Part shown: positions 8,764 to 17,676 of the stretch, in pieces
Numbering within the stretch: position 1 is the first letter of the stretch
How the letters are laid out: every line of letters begins with the position of its first letter
Assembly (NCBI GenBank): GCA_030694005.1
Contig: JAUXZG010000021.1
Span: forward strand, 1 to 45,620
Origin: Desulfobaccales bacterium
Lineage (GTDB): Bacteria; Desulfobacterota; Desulfobaccia; Desulfobaccales; 0-14-0-80-60-11
Direction of reading: 5' to 3'
DNA length: 45,620 nucleotides
Translations under genes and position numbers: made by a program
Notes under the pieces: generated by a model
Told to the model about the DNA's origin: nothing
Database searches by the model: none
Seen by the model: the letters and a program-made list of their open reading frames with translations, nothing else

Positions 8764-9807
8764 ATGGCAACCACTGTGGATAACAAGTTAACCGGGGCTG
8801 CGGTCCAGGAAAAACTGAGCGAAAAGGAGCTCTGCCCCGACGAGCTGTTGGCCGGCCAGGAAGCGGCTTTTGCCCGGGACATTGAGAGGCTCCAGGCCCG
8901 GCGCGCCGCGTTTGTCACAGTCCCCTGCCCGGCCTGCGCCAGGGGGGATTTCTTGCCCACCCTAAAGAAGTTCACCTTTCAATATGTGACTTGCAAAAAC
9001 TGCGGCACCCTGTTCATGAATCCCCGGCCCTCGATGGAGGTCATGGCGGCCTATTACGGCGACTCCGAAAACTACCGCTACTGGGCTGAGCATATCTTTC
9101 CAGCCTCGGAGGCGGCACGGCGGGAAAAGGTGCACCGGCCCTGGCTGGAAAAGGTGGTGGCTTACTGCCGCCGTTACGGTGTGCCCCAAGGGGTGCTCCT
9201 GGAGGTGGGCGCCGGGTTCGGCACCTTTGCGGCCCTGGCCACGGTGTCGGGAAACTTTGACCGGGTGCTGGCGGTGGAGCCCACCCCACAGATGGCCCAG
9301 GCCTGCCGTGAACGGGGGGTTGAAGTCATTGCCAAGCGCATTGAGGACATCACCGGCGAAGTGGTAGAAGCGGATGTGGCTGTGGCCTTTGAGGTGGTGG
9401 AGCACCTCTTTGCACCGCAGCATTTTCTCCTGCAGGTGCAGCGCCTCCTGAAGCCCGGGGGCTTGCTGGTGCTTTCCTGCCCCAACGGCCAGGGCTTTGA
9501 CATCGCCATGTTGGGGAGCGTGTCCCTGGCCATTGACCCGGAGCACGTGAACCTCTTCAACCCCCACTCCCTGGCTCTGCTGGTGGAAGGCTGCGGCTTT
9601 AAGGTCCTGGAGGTTAGCACCCCCGGACGCCTGGACGCGGAGTTTGTGCACACCGCCATCAAGGAAGGCAAGTTTCCCGTGCCCCGCGATCCCTTTTTAA
9701 AAAGGGTGCTGGTGGAGGAATGGGACCGGCTGGGTTGGCCGTTTCAGCAGTTTCTGGCGGCCCACGGCCTGTCCTCCCATATGTGGCTGGCCGCGGTGCG
9801 GAGGTGA
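8764..9807 (+). CDS. class I SAM-dependent methyltransferase with an N-terminal Cys4 zinc ribbon
   Basis: 'CPACARG...CKNCGTLFMNPRP' followed by motif I 'LLEVGAGFGTF' and 'AFEVVEHL'. Confidence 0.8.
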   Translation: MATTVDNKLTGAAVQEKLSEKELCPDELLAGQEAAFARDIERLQARRAAFVTVPCPACARGDFLPTLKKFTFQYVTCKNCGTLFMNPRPSMEVMAAYYGDSENYRYWAEHIFPASEAARREKVHRPWLEKVVAYCRRYGVPQGVLLEVGAGFGTFAALATVSGNFDRVLAVEPTPQMAQACRERGVEVIAKRIEDITGEVVEADVAVAFEVVEHLFAPQHFLLQVQRLLKPGGLLVLSCPNGQGFDIAMLGSVSLAIDPEHVNLFNPHSLALLVEGCGFKVLEVSTPGRLDAEFVHTAIKEGKFPVPRDPFLKRVLVEEWDRLGWPFQQFLAAHGLSSHMWLAAVRR

Positions 9808-9811
9808 ATGA

Positions 9812-10726
9812 ATGGCGTCGGAACGTGACTTTGAAAAAGCGGTCAAGGCCTGCTACTCCACCTGGAGCCGGACTTATTACCAGGACTACTATGGCGATAA
9901 GGCGGCCTACCCCCCGGTGCACCTGCACCTGATCCGGGGCTTGCTCCTCAAGGCCGGGGCCAAGAAGGTGCTGGACGCCGGCTGCGGCCCGGCCTCGTTG
10001 CTGCGGGACCTGGCCGCAGATAATTTTGACCTTTACGGCTTCGACCTGACGCCGGAGATGGTGGCCGAGGCCCGCCGGGTCATGGAGGGCCTGGGCTCCC
10101 CAAAAGACCATATCTGGGAAGGCAGCGTGCTGTCGCCCCAGTCCTTCCGCCCGCCCGGGGCCGGTAAGGCCGCAGCCTTCGACGCCGCCCTGTGCGTCGG
10201 GGTTTTGCCCCATATACCCGCCGCGGCCGACCGGGAAGTGATCTTGAACCTGCGCCAGGCGGTGCGACCGGGGGGCCTGGTGGTCCTGGAGGCCAGAAAC
10301 CAGTTGTTCGCCCTGTTCACCTTGAACCGCTACTCCTATGAGTTTTTCATGGAAGAGCTGATGCGAGTGGAGGACTGGCGGCAAAAGCTGGGGCCGGACG
10401 CGGCCAGGCTGGAGGGGGTCTGGCCCCGTCTCAAAGAGCGCTTCCGCCTGGATCTGCCCCCGGTGCGCCAGGGCAAGTCGGGTGAGCCGGGCTACGACGA
10501 GGTGATTTCCCGCACCCACAACCCCCTGGTGTTAAAGGAGCAGTTTCAGGAGGCGGGCTTTGCCGAGGTGGAGCTGTTGTTCTACCACTACCATTGCCTG
10601 CCACCCATGTTTGAGGGGGAGGCGCCGGAGCTTTTCCGCCGGGAGAGCCTGGCCCAGGAAAACCCCACCGACTGGCGCGGCTACTTCATGGCCTCGGCCT
10701 TTTTGCTGGCCGGGAGGCGGCGGTGA
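9812..10726 (+). CDS. class I SAM-dependent methyltransferase
   Basis: Motif I 'VLDAGCGPASL', 'YGFDLTPEMV' and 'GVLPHI'. Confidence 0.8.
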   Translation: MASERDFEKAVKACYSTWSRTYYQDYYGDKAAYPPVHLHLIRGLLLKAGAKKVLDAGCGPASLLRDLAADNFDLYGFDLTPEMVAEARRVMEGLGSPKDHIWEGSVLSPQSFRPPGAGKAAAFDAALCVGVLPHIPAAADREVILNLRQAVRPGGLVVLEARNQLFALFTLNRYSYEFFMEELMRVEDWRQKLGPDAARLEGVWPRLKERFRLDLPPVRQGKSGEPGYDEVISRTHNPLVLKEQFQEAGFAEVELLFYHYHCLPPMFEGEAPELFRRESLAQENPTDWRGYFMASAFLLAGRRR

Positions 10727-11406
10727 TCAACGCGGACGGCTGGCTGAAATACTCTATCTGGGAGCACAGCGCCCATATCAAAGAACTCTACGGACGGCGC
10801 TGCCGCCTGGAGGAGCCGGAGATGACCTGCGCCGCCCAGGCCGCGGAATTGTTGGCCCCCCAGGTCGCAGACGGAGACACCTTGCTGGACGTGGGCTGCG
10901 GCAGCGGCTATTTCTTCCACTCGATTAAAAAACGCCGCCTGCCGGTGGCATATTTCGGCATTGATGCGGCCCCCAGCCTGGTGGCCATCGGCCGCCGCTA
11001 TCTGCCGGCCTTTGGCCTGCCGCCGGAAAATTTGCAGGTCATGCGCTTGGAGGACCTTGACGGCCAGGTGGACCACATCATCTGTTTAAATGTGCTCTCC
11101 AACCTGGACAATTACCACCGGCCCCTGGAGCGCCTGCTCCTATGCGCTGCCAAGACGGTGATCTTAAGGGAGTCTTTAAACGAAGAGGGCTCCTACGACT
11201 ACGTGCCGGACACTTATCTGGATGAGGGGTGCCGCCTGAAGGTATATGTCAATGCTTACCCACTCAAGGAAGTCATGGACTTTATAACCTCATACGGGTT
11301 TGCCGTGGCGGCGGTGAAGGACCGGCGCACCCGCGGCCGGCCCGAGATGGTCATAGGCTATCCGCATTACTGGAAATTTCTAGTAGCGAGAAGGACTTCC
11401 CCCTAA
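10723..11406 (+). CDS. class I SAM-dependent methyltransferase
   Basis: GTG start overlapping the preceding stop (GTGA). Motif I 'LLDVGCGSGYFF', 'FGIDAAPSLV' and 'IICLNVLSNL'. Confidence 0.75.
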   Translation: MINADGWLKYSIWEHSAHIKELYGRRCRLEEPEMTCAAQAAELLAPQVADGDTLLDVGCGSGYFFHSIKKRRLPVAYFGIDAAPSLVAIGRRYLPAFGLPPENLQVMRLEDLDGQVDHIICLNVLSNLDNYHRPLERLLLCAAKTVILRESLNEEGSYDYVPDTYLDEGCRLKVYVNAYPLKEVMDFITSYGFAVAAVKDRRTRGRPEMVIGYPHYWKFLVARRTSP

Positions 11407-11485
11407 GAAGGGGCCCGGCGGTTAAAAACTTCCCCCGGGGCCAGAGGCGCGGCCATGCTTAAAATGAGATTGTGGTAAATGTGTC

Positions 11486-11621
11486 TTGGGAGAGGATTGT
11501 AAGGGGGCCGCCGGCCCCCTTACAATCCTCTCCCAAACCCACTCCCCCTACCCCCATAAAGGGGGCTGGGAGGGGAGCTTGGGGGGAGGGCGGCGGACCT
11601 TGCGGTTCCCCGGCCCTCCCC
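11486..11621. repeat. G/C-run modular palindromic intergenic element, copy 1
   Basis: A perfect 24-bp stem with a 3-nt loop (11486-11509 / 11513-11536). This is followed by CCCCCATAAAGGGGG, a G-run tract and a second hairpin (GGGGAGGGC...GCCCTCCCC). Confidence 0.8.
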
Positions 11622-11656
11622 GCAAAACAACTTTTGAACTACAGGATGGTCATTTA

Positions 11657-13510
11657 ATGTCCCGCCTAGTCGGCCTGGTAACCCCTCTTCCGGCGGTAGA
11701 CCGCCAGCAGCTGTTGGAGAAGATGCTCGCCCACTCTAACTCCGGGGCTAAGTGGACTGCCGCTTGGCGGCAAGTGGGCCAGGGCTCCCTGGGTTGGACC
11801 GGCTGGCGGGCCCCCAACCTGGTCGAAGTCAAGGGGCGGCTGGCGGGCCTGGACGGCTTTATTTACAACCGCAAAGAACTGGGTGCCGCAGCGGAGTCCG
11901 ACGCGGCGCTGCTGGCTTCCCTGTACCTGGAACACGGGTTCCCCAAGACCCTGGAGAAGCTGAACGGCGACTTTGCCGCGGCCCTGTATGACCCCGCAGC
12001 CCAGACCCTGTGGCTGGCCCGGGACCGGTTCGGGGTCAAGCCCCTGTACTATGTGTCTGCGCCTTACGGGTTCGCCTTTGCCTCCCGGCCGGCGGCCCTG
12101 CTAACCCTGCCCCAGGTCTCCCGGGAGGTGAACCGGCGCTATGTGGCTCTATTTGCCGCCAGCCATTACCGCTACTTCGACAATGTTCAGGAAGCTTCGC
12201 CCTATGCGGCCATAAGCCAGTTGCCGGCCGGGCACTACCTGGAAGTCACCCCCGAGGGGTTGACCCAGGGGCGCTACTGGTCCCTGGCCGATGGGCCGGA
12301 CTTTACCGACCCCGAGGCTGACCTGGCCGAAGATTACCGCCACCTGCTTATGGACGCGGTCTCCCTCAGGCTCAAGGCCGCGGCCCGCCCGGCCTTCACC
12401 CTTTCCGGGGGGATGGACTCCAGCTCCGTGCTGGCCTGCGCCTGCCGCATGACCGGCCAAAAGCAGACGGCCTTTTCCACGGTTTATGAGGACAAGACTT
12501 ACGACGAGTCGGCGGAGATTCGCGCCATGCTGGACACCAAGGTGGCCCGCTGGCAGCCGGTGAGGGTGGGGACGCCCGAGGTTTTATCCCTGGTTCAACG
12601 CCTGGTCCAATTCCATGACGAGCCGGTGGCCACGGCCACCTGGCTGTCCCATTTCCTGCTGTGCCAGGAAGCGGCCAAACAGGGATTTGGGGCCTTGTTC
12701 GGCGGCCTGGGGGGCGACGAACTTAATGCCGGGGAATACGAATATTTTCTCTACCACTTCGCCGACCTCAAGGCCGCCGGGCAGGAGGAACTCCTCCAGC
12801 GGGAGATCCAGTATTGGGTGCAGTACCACGACCACCCCATCTTCCACAAAAGCCCGGCCGTGGCCGAGGAAGGTCTTAAAAGGCTGGTGGACCTCAACTC
12901 CCCCGGCCGCTGTCTGCCGGATCGGGCGCGGCTGGGGCGCTACGTGGCGGCGCTGAACCGGGAATATTTCGATTTGACCGCGTTTGAGCCGGTCATGGAC
13001 CAGCCCTTTAAAAGTTTTTTGAAAAACCGCACCTTTCAGGATATTTTTCGGGAGACCGCGCCCTGCTGCCTGAGGGCGGAAGACCGGCAGACCACCGCCT
13101 TGGGGCTGGATCATTTCCTGCCGTTTTTTGATCACCGCCTGGTGGAATTCATGTTTAGGGTGCCGGGCGCCTTGAAGATCAGGGACGGGGTCACCAAGCA
13201 CCTTTTGCGGCTGGCCATGCGGGGGCTGCTGCCCCAGGAGACCAGGACCAGGATCAAGAAGACCGGCTGGAACGCGCCGGCCCACCTTTGGTTTGCCGGC
13301 CCCGGGCGGCAGCTGCTGCTGGATTTGGTGCACTCCCGGGCCTTTCAAGCCCGGGGCATTTATGTGGTGCGGGAGGTGGAGCGCCTCATTGACGAGCACC
13401 ATGATCTAGTGGCTTCCCGGACCCCCCGGGACACCCACATGATGTTTTTGTGGCAACTGGTGAACCTGGAGCTCTGGCTCAGGAGCCTTGATGAACTGCC
13501 CCATAGCTGA
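11657..13510 (+). CDS. asparagine synthetase (AsnB) family protein lacking the N-terminal nucleophile Cys
   Basis: 'FTLSGGMDSS' PP-loop and AsnB-like architecture. The protein begins MSRLVGLV, not MCG. I start the gene at ATG 11657, after the repeat. Confidence 0.8.
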   Translation: MSRLVGLVTPLPAVDRQQLLEKMLAHSNSGAKWTAAWRQVGQGSLGWTGWRAPNLVEVKGRLAGLDGFIYNRKELGAAAESDAALLASLYLEHGFPKTLEKLNGDFAAALYDPAAQTLWLARDRFGVKPLYYVSAPYGFAFASRPAALLTLPQVSREVNRRYVALFAASHYRYFDNVQEASPYAAISQLPAGHYLEVTPEGLTQGRYWSLADGPDFTDPEADLAEDYRHLLMDAVSLRLKAAARPAFTLSGGMDSSSVLACACRMTGQKQTAFSTVYEDKTYDESAEIRAMLDTKVARWQPVRVGTPEVLSLVQRLVQFHDEPVATATWLSHFLLCQEAAKQGFGALFGGLGGDELNAGEYEYFLYHFADLKAAGQEELLQREIQYWVQYHDHPIFHKSPAVAEEGLKRLVDLNSPGRCLPDRARLGRYVAALNREYFDLTAFEPVMDQPFKSFLKNRTFQDIFRETAPCCLRAEDRQTTALGLDHFLPFFDHRLVEFMFRVPGALKIRDGVTKHLLRLAMRGLLPQETRTRIKKTGWNAPAHLWFAGPGRQLLLDLVHSRAFQARGIYVVREVERLIDEHHDLVASRTPRDTHMMFLWQLVNLELWLRSLDELPHS

Positions 13511-13933
13511 CCTCACCTCGGCCGTCGGGCAGAACCGCGCCTTATGGGAGTGACTGAACCGGGCGCGGGCGCCAAGCGGCGGCCTAAAACCGGGATGTAT
13601 TTGGGTGGGGATAGCCCTCGGCCATGCCGATGATTTGTGGGAGCGCTTTCCAGGAAAGGGCGGAGGAAATACTTTTCCCCAATGCTGCATTTCCCCCTTT
13701 TTCTTGGCTGTAAGGGTGCTACTATAGTGACAATGAGGCATATTTGCCAAGGGGAGATGGCTGGCCCTAGCAGAAAGTTGGCAAAAGCGACGATAACCGT
13801 GATACTTCTATTAATAGCAAGCAGAATGCTGCATAATCACGGTTAAGAGCCGTTAGGCCGCAGGAGAGAAAGCTTAAGCAAGTCGTTCCTTTTGCAACAG
13901 CGTCAATCAATCCGGAGATCAAGGAGTACATAT

Positions 13934-15412
13934 ATGGAAATAACATTAATTTCGGTGAATGATGTAGTCTATGACTACGGATTTCGGTCACTTTCAGCTT
14001 TTATGAAAAAAAATAATTATCAAACAAATTTGGTTTTCTTGAATATAGAAAATAAAGAACTTTCTGGCGATATTATTTGGGAAACTTTAGAAATCTGTTC
14101 CAATAGCATTTTGATAGGTGTGTCTCTTTTAACGCATGGATTCCCCAAAGCAGTTACGATTACAAGATTTTTGAAAAAATTTTATCCTAATATTCCAGTT
14201 ATTTGGGGTGGAATACACCCATCAGGTGCACCATATGAGTGTATAGAGTTTGCAGATATGGTTTGTCTTGGCGAAGGTGAAGGCACATTACTTGAAGTTG
14301 CCAATAAAATGAGTCAAGGTGAACCATTAGACCATGTAAATAACATTTTTTATAAGAATAAGGATGGTAATTATATTAAGAACACAGTGCGTCCGTTAAT
14401 ATATGATATGGATTCACTACCGTTTCAGGATTATTCCCTCGATAGCGACTATGTAACTATTAACAATAAATTAGTTAAACTAGACGACGCATTGCTTAAA
14501 TCGGTGAATCTTTATTATCCATTTGGTGGAATGGGATATGTTTATGTCACTATGACATCTAGAGGGTGCCCTTTTAATTGTACTTTTTGTTGTAATAACG
14601 TTTTTAGAAATATATACGCAGGAAAGGGTAAGTTTGTTAGGAAGCGATCAATAGAAAATATTATTAATGAAGTAAAATCTGCTAAAAAAAGACTACCATT
14701 CATAAGCTCAATATTATTTGATGACTCATCATTTTTGCATCGAAGTGTTGAAGAGATAAGAGATTTCTCAGATATCTATAAAAAAGAGGTTGATTTGCCG
14801 TTCGGCATTGAGATGAATCCAGTTGAAGCATCCAATGAAAAAATAAGATTGTTAAAAGGAGCGGGGCTAACTCTTGTGCATTTAGGCATCCAGAGCGGTA
14901 ATGAGTATATTCGAAAGACCATTTACAAAAGAAATACACCTGAAGAAGCAATTCTTAAGGCTAACAAAATATTAACTGACCATAAAATATTACATAAATG
15001 TGATCTTATCATTGACACTCCTTTTGATAACGATTCTGAAGCATCATTACGGTTAATTAAGAAATTTAAACCATATTTTTCAACAAATGTTTATTCTCTT
15101 ATGGTTTACCCGGGAGCGGAGATTAAATCTATAATTGAAGAACTTGGATATAAAGAGTGGATAAGCAAAATTGACAGAGATCGGTCTTATTTGGAGATAG
15201 TCACTGATGACGCGTACGCGCTTGTCCTTAAATTATACCAAATATTTCCGCCCAATAAAATATTGTTTAAAATAATACATCATGTAATAAATACAAAACC
15301 ATGTTTAATGGTGCTGAAAATTGCTATGGTCAGAAAACTTCTTATCTTCCCGTTTATTGTTTTTAATCATATAAGATTCTTGTTAAAAAGGGCACAAAAA
15401 AAGCAATTATAA
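13934..15412 (+). CDS. B12-binding-domain radical SAM protein (low-GC gene)
   Basis: AAGGAG at 13921-13926. N-terminal B12-binding-like region ('IGVSLLTHGF', 'VIWGGIHPS') and CxxxCxxC 'SRGCPFNCTFCCNN'. Strongly AT-rich. Confidence 0.85.
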   Translation: MEITLISVNDVVYDYGFRSLSAFMKKNNYQTNLVFLNIENKELSGDIIWETLEICSNSILIGVSLLTHGFPKAVTITRFLKKFYPNIPVIWGGIHPSGAPYECIEFADMVCLGEGEGTLLEVANKMSQGEPLDHVNNIFYKNKDGNYIKNTVRPLIYDMDSLPFQDYSLDSDYVTINNKLVKLDDALLKSVNLYYPFGGMGYVYVTMTSRGCPFNCTFCCNNVFRNIYAGKGKFVRKRSIENIINEVKSAKKRLPFISSILFDDSSFLHRSVEEIRDFSDIYKKEVDLPFGIEMNPVEASNEKIRLLKGAGLTLVHLGIQSGNEYIRKTIYKRNTPEEAILKANKILTDHKILHKCDLIIDTPFDNDSEASLRLIKKFKPYFSTNVYSLMVYPGAEIKSIIEELGYKEWISKIDRDRSYLEIVTDDAYALVLKLYQIFPPNKILFKIIHHVINTKPCLMVLKIAMVRKLLIFPFIVFNHIRFLLKRAQKKQL

Positions 15413-15516
15413 TTAATGTGGGAAAGGTACAGGAAATTAACTATGTCGATACGGTCCTTTAATTTACTAAGAATGGTTTTACCATATATCAGCAAAAAGG
15501 TGGGAGAAATCTGAGT

Positions 15517-15621
15517 ATGCCCAATTGCAAAAAGATACTGCATCAAAAGCAAAATAACTCTGTATTGCCAAAGTCTCATTTCATGTTTACGGCCAATTTG
15601 CTTAGGGAGAACCGGGTCTGA
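15517..15621 (+). CDS. 34-codon upstream ORF coupled to the following gene (copy 2)
   Basis: MPNCKKILHQKQNNSVLPKSHFMFTANLLRENRV*. GGAGA lies ~9 nt upstream. TGATG overlap with the 15621 start. Homologous to 1263-1367. Confidence 0.4.
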   Translation: MPNCKKILHQKQNNSVLPKSHFMFTANLLRENRV

Positions 15622-16700
15622 TGCTGACCTTGGCCCAAACCCCGGCAGACCAGGAGGATCTGGCGGCCCTGTGCGCCGACCGCCCTCTTGGAACCAGGGA
15701 AATCTTTCTCGGCAACGCTTTTTACGGGGGCGATGCCATCCTCAGAGCCTACAGCGGCTATGAGGGAATTCTGAAAGCGGTCGTGCCCCACGGACCCTAT
15801 TGGATAATCCCGGCAGTCTGGAATGACGAAGCCGAGGCGCCGGTGCCGGTCATCTTTTTTTTCAACCCCATCATGCAGGAGGCCTTTGAAAAAGAAACCA
15901 CCAAGGTGGTCCTGCCTTTAGCCTTTCCCTTTCTTTATGTCCTGGAACTGGTGAAGGCCCAGCCCCGGCCGGCGCGCCGGGGCACGATCTTTTTTCCCGG
16001 GCATTCTTCACACCGCGCCACGGCGAAGATGGATTTTGCCGGCCTGGCCGCCAGGCTGGCGGAGCTGGCGGACGAATACCAGCCCTTAACCGTGTGCATG
16101 TTCTGGAAGGACTATCTGCTCGGGTACCACCGGGCCTTCCAGGAAAGGGGGATGTCGCTGGTCTCCGCCGGCCACATGTATGACCCTGATTTTCTCTGCC
16201 GTTTTTACCACCTGTGCTCCCGGCACCGCTACGCCGCCAGCAACTATACCTTGAGTTCAGCCACCTTCTATGCCGTCAAGGCGGGGTGTGCCTTTTTCTT
16301 TTTGGACCCTTCTGAATACAGATTTGATGTCGGCGGGGTTGACGCCCTTTATATGCCTAAGCGCCAGTTCGACGACAGGCTCGCCAACATGTTCCAGGCC
16401 CCCCGGCCGGCCACCACCCCGGAGCAGATGGAATTTGTGGACTACATCCTGGGGACCGCTTATTTGACCTCTCCGGAAGAGCTTTTGCAGCAGTTGCGCA
16501 CCGTGGATAAATGGGATAAGAGGCGCATCTGGGCGCGGCGCCCGGACGGCGGCAAAAAATTGATGTTACCCACCTACTTTAAGAGAAAGATAAGTTCTCT
16601 GTGGTTTGTCTTGGGAAAATGGCGCGAAGTCCTGAAGGCCAGGCTTAAAGATTTGGGACAGAAATGGGGCGGCCTGGGGTCGCTATTTTCCAGGAGATAA
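15621..16700 (+). CDS. hypothetical protein, paralog B of 1367-2443
   Basis: 359-aa ORF collinear with paralog A. Confidence 0.75.
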   Translation: MLTLAQTPADQEDLAALCADRPLGTREIFLGNAFYGGDAILRAYSGYEGILKAVVPHGPYWIIPAVWNDEAEAPVPVIFFFNPIMQEAFEKETTKVVLPLAFPFLYVLELVKAQPRPARRGTIFFPGHSSHRATAKMDFAGLAARLAELADEYQPLTVCMFWKDYLLGYHRAFQERGMSLVSAGHMYDPDFLCRFYHLCSRHRYAASNYTLSSATFYAVKAGCAFFFLDPSEYRFDVGGVDALYMPKRQFDDRLANMFQAPRPATTPEQMEFVDYILGTAYLTSPEELLQQLRTVDKWDKRRIWARRPDGGKKLMLPTYFKRKISSLWFVLGKWREVLKARLKDLGQKWGGLGSLFSRR

Positions 16701-16791
16701 AAGTTTCTTCTGGGTTTAACTGCTTGTATGAGGCTGGCCCGAGGGGGGCCGGTATAACCGGGAAGGTGGTCCCTGCCTGGTGAAATGAACT

Positions 16792-17676
16792 ATGGGGGCA
16801 ACGGTGAACAGGTCTCCCGAAGGCCTCATCTACTTGAATCTGGGTTGCGGCTCCCACTTTCACAAGGAGTGGAACAACCTCGACCTTTTTCGCCACGAGC
16901 ACGTGGAGTACCATGACCTCCGCCAGCCTTTGCCTTATCCCGCCGATACCTTTGCCGCGGTTTACTGTTCCCACGTTCTGGAGCACCTAACCCCGTCCCA
17001 GGGAAAAAGCCTGGCCCAAGAAATCTACCGGGTGCTGGCGGAAGGCGGGGTGGTGCGGATCGTGGTGCCGGACCTGGAGGAAATCTGTCGGGAGTATCTT
17101 GCCCGGCTGGCCGCGGCCCAATCAGAACCTTCGGAGGAAAATATTTCGAGATACCTGTGGCTTACTCTCGAGTTGCTGGATCAACTGGTCAGAGACAAAC
17201 CCGGCGGCTTGATGGCGGAAGTTCTCCAGCGCCGCCAGGTGGATGAGCCCTTTATCACTGAAAGGTGCGGCGATGAGTTTGCCGCCTTCTTTAACCGGGC
17301 AGGGCCTCCGGAATCTGGAGCCCAAGCGGCTCAGCGCTCCTGGGCGGAAAAGATTATCTCCAAACTGGTCAGCCACCGGGCAGCCTGGCAGGCGCTGAAG
17401 TCCCGCCTTAAGATAACCCCTGACCCCCGCCGGACCGGAGAGGCACACAGATGGATGTACGACCGCCTGTCCTTAAGGCTGTTGCTGGAGGAGGCCGGCT
17501 TGGTGGATTTTGCCGTGAAGAAATTTGACGACTCCGATATCCCCCATTGGGACAGATATAATCTGGATCGCTCCCTGGCTGGCCATGGGCCCCGCAAGCC
17601 GGACTCCATCTACGTGGAGGGCAAGAAGCCCTCCGGGGTTGCGGGCCTTAAGGCCCTGGCAAAGGCAAAGTTGTGA
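16792..17676 (+). CDS. class I SAM-dependent methyltransferase
   Basis: 'YLNLGCGSHF', 'VYCSHVLEHL' and 'LAEGGVVRIVVPD'. The N-terminus is confirmed by the relic copy at 2541. Confidence 0.8.
   Translation: MGATVNRSPEGLIYLNLGCGSHFHKEWNNLDLFRHEHVEYHDLRQPLPYPADTFAAVYCSHVLEHLTPSQGKSLAQEIYRVLAEGGVVRIVVPDLEEICREYLARLAAAQSEPSEENISRYLWLTLELLDQLVRDKPGGLMAEVLQRRQVDEPFITERCGDEFAAFFNRAGPPESGAQAAQRSWAEKIISKLVSHRAAWQALKSRLKITPDPRRTGEAHRWMYDRLSLRLLLEEAGLVDFAVKKFDDSDIPHWDRYNLDRSLAGHGPRKPDSIYVEGKKPSGVAGLKALAKAKL

Noticed and set aside
11486-11656. Upstream extension of the AsnB-like ORF, plus other ORFs reading through the G/C-run repeats (31431-31673 minus strand, 31610-31699, 32861-33205 minus strand, 33081-33452)
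   Set aside because: They translate the palindromic repeat (recurring ..PHKGGWEGSLGGG.. or PSPPNP strings). They are open only because G/C runs lack stop codons, and a good SD plus ATG lies just after the repeat at 11657 and 31700.
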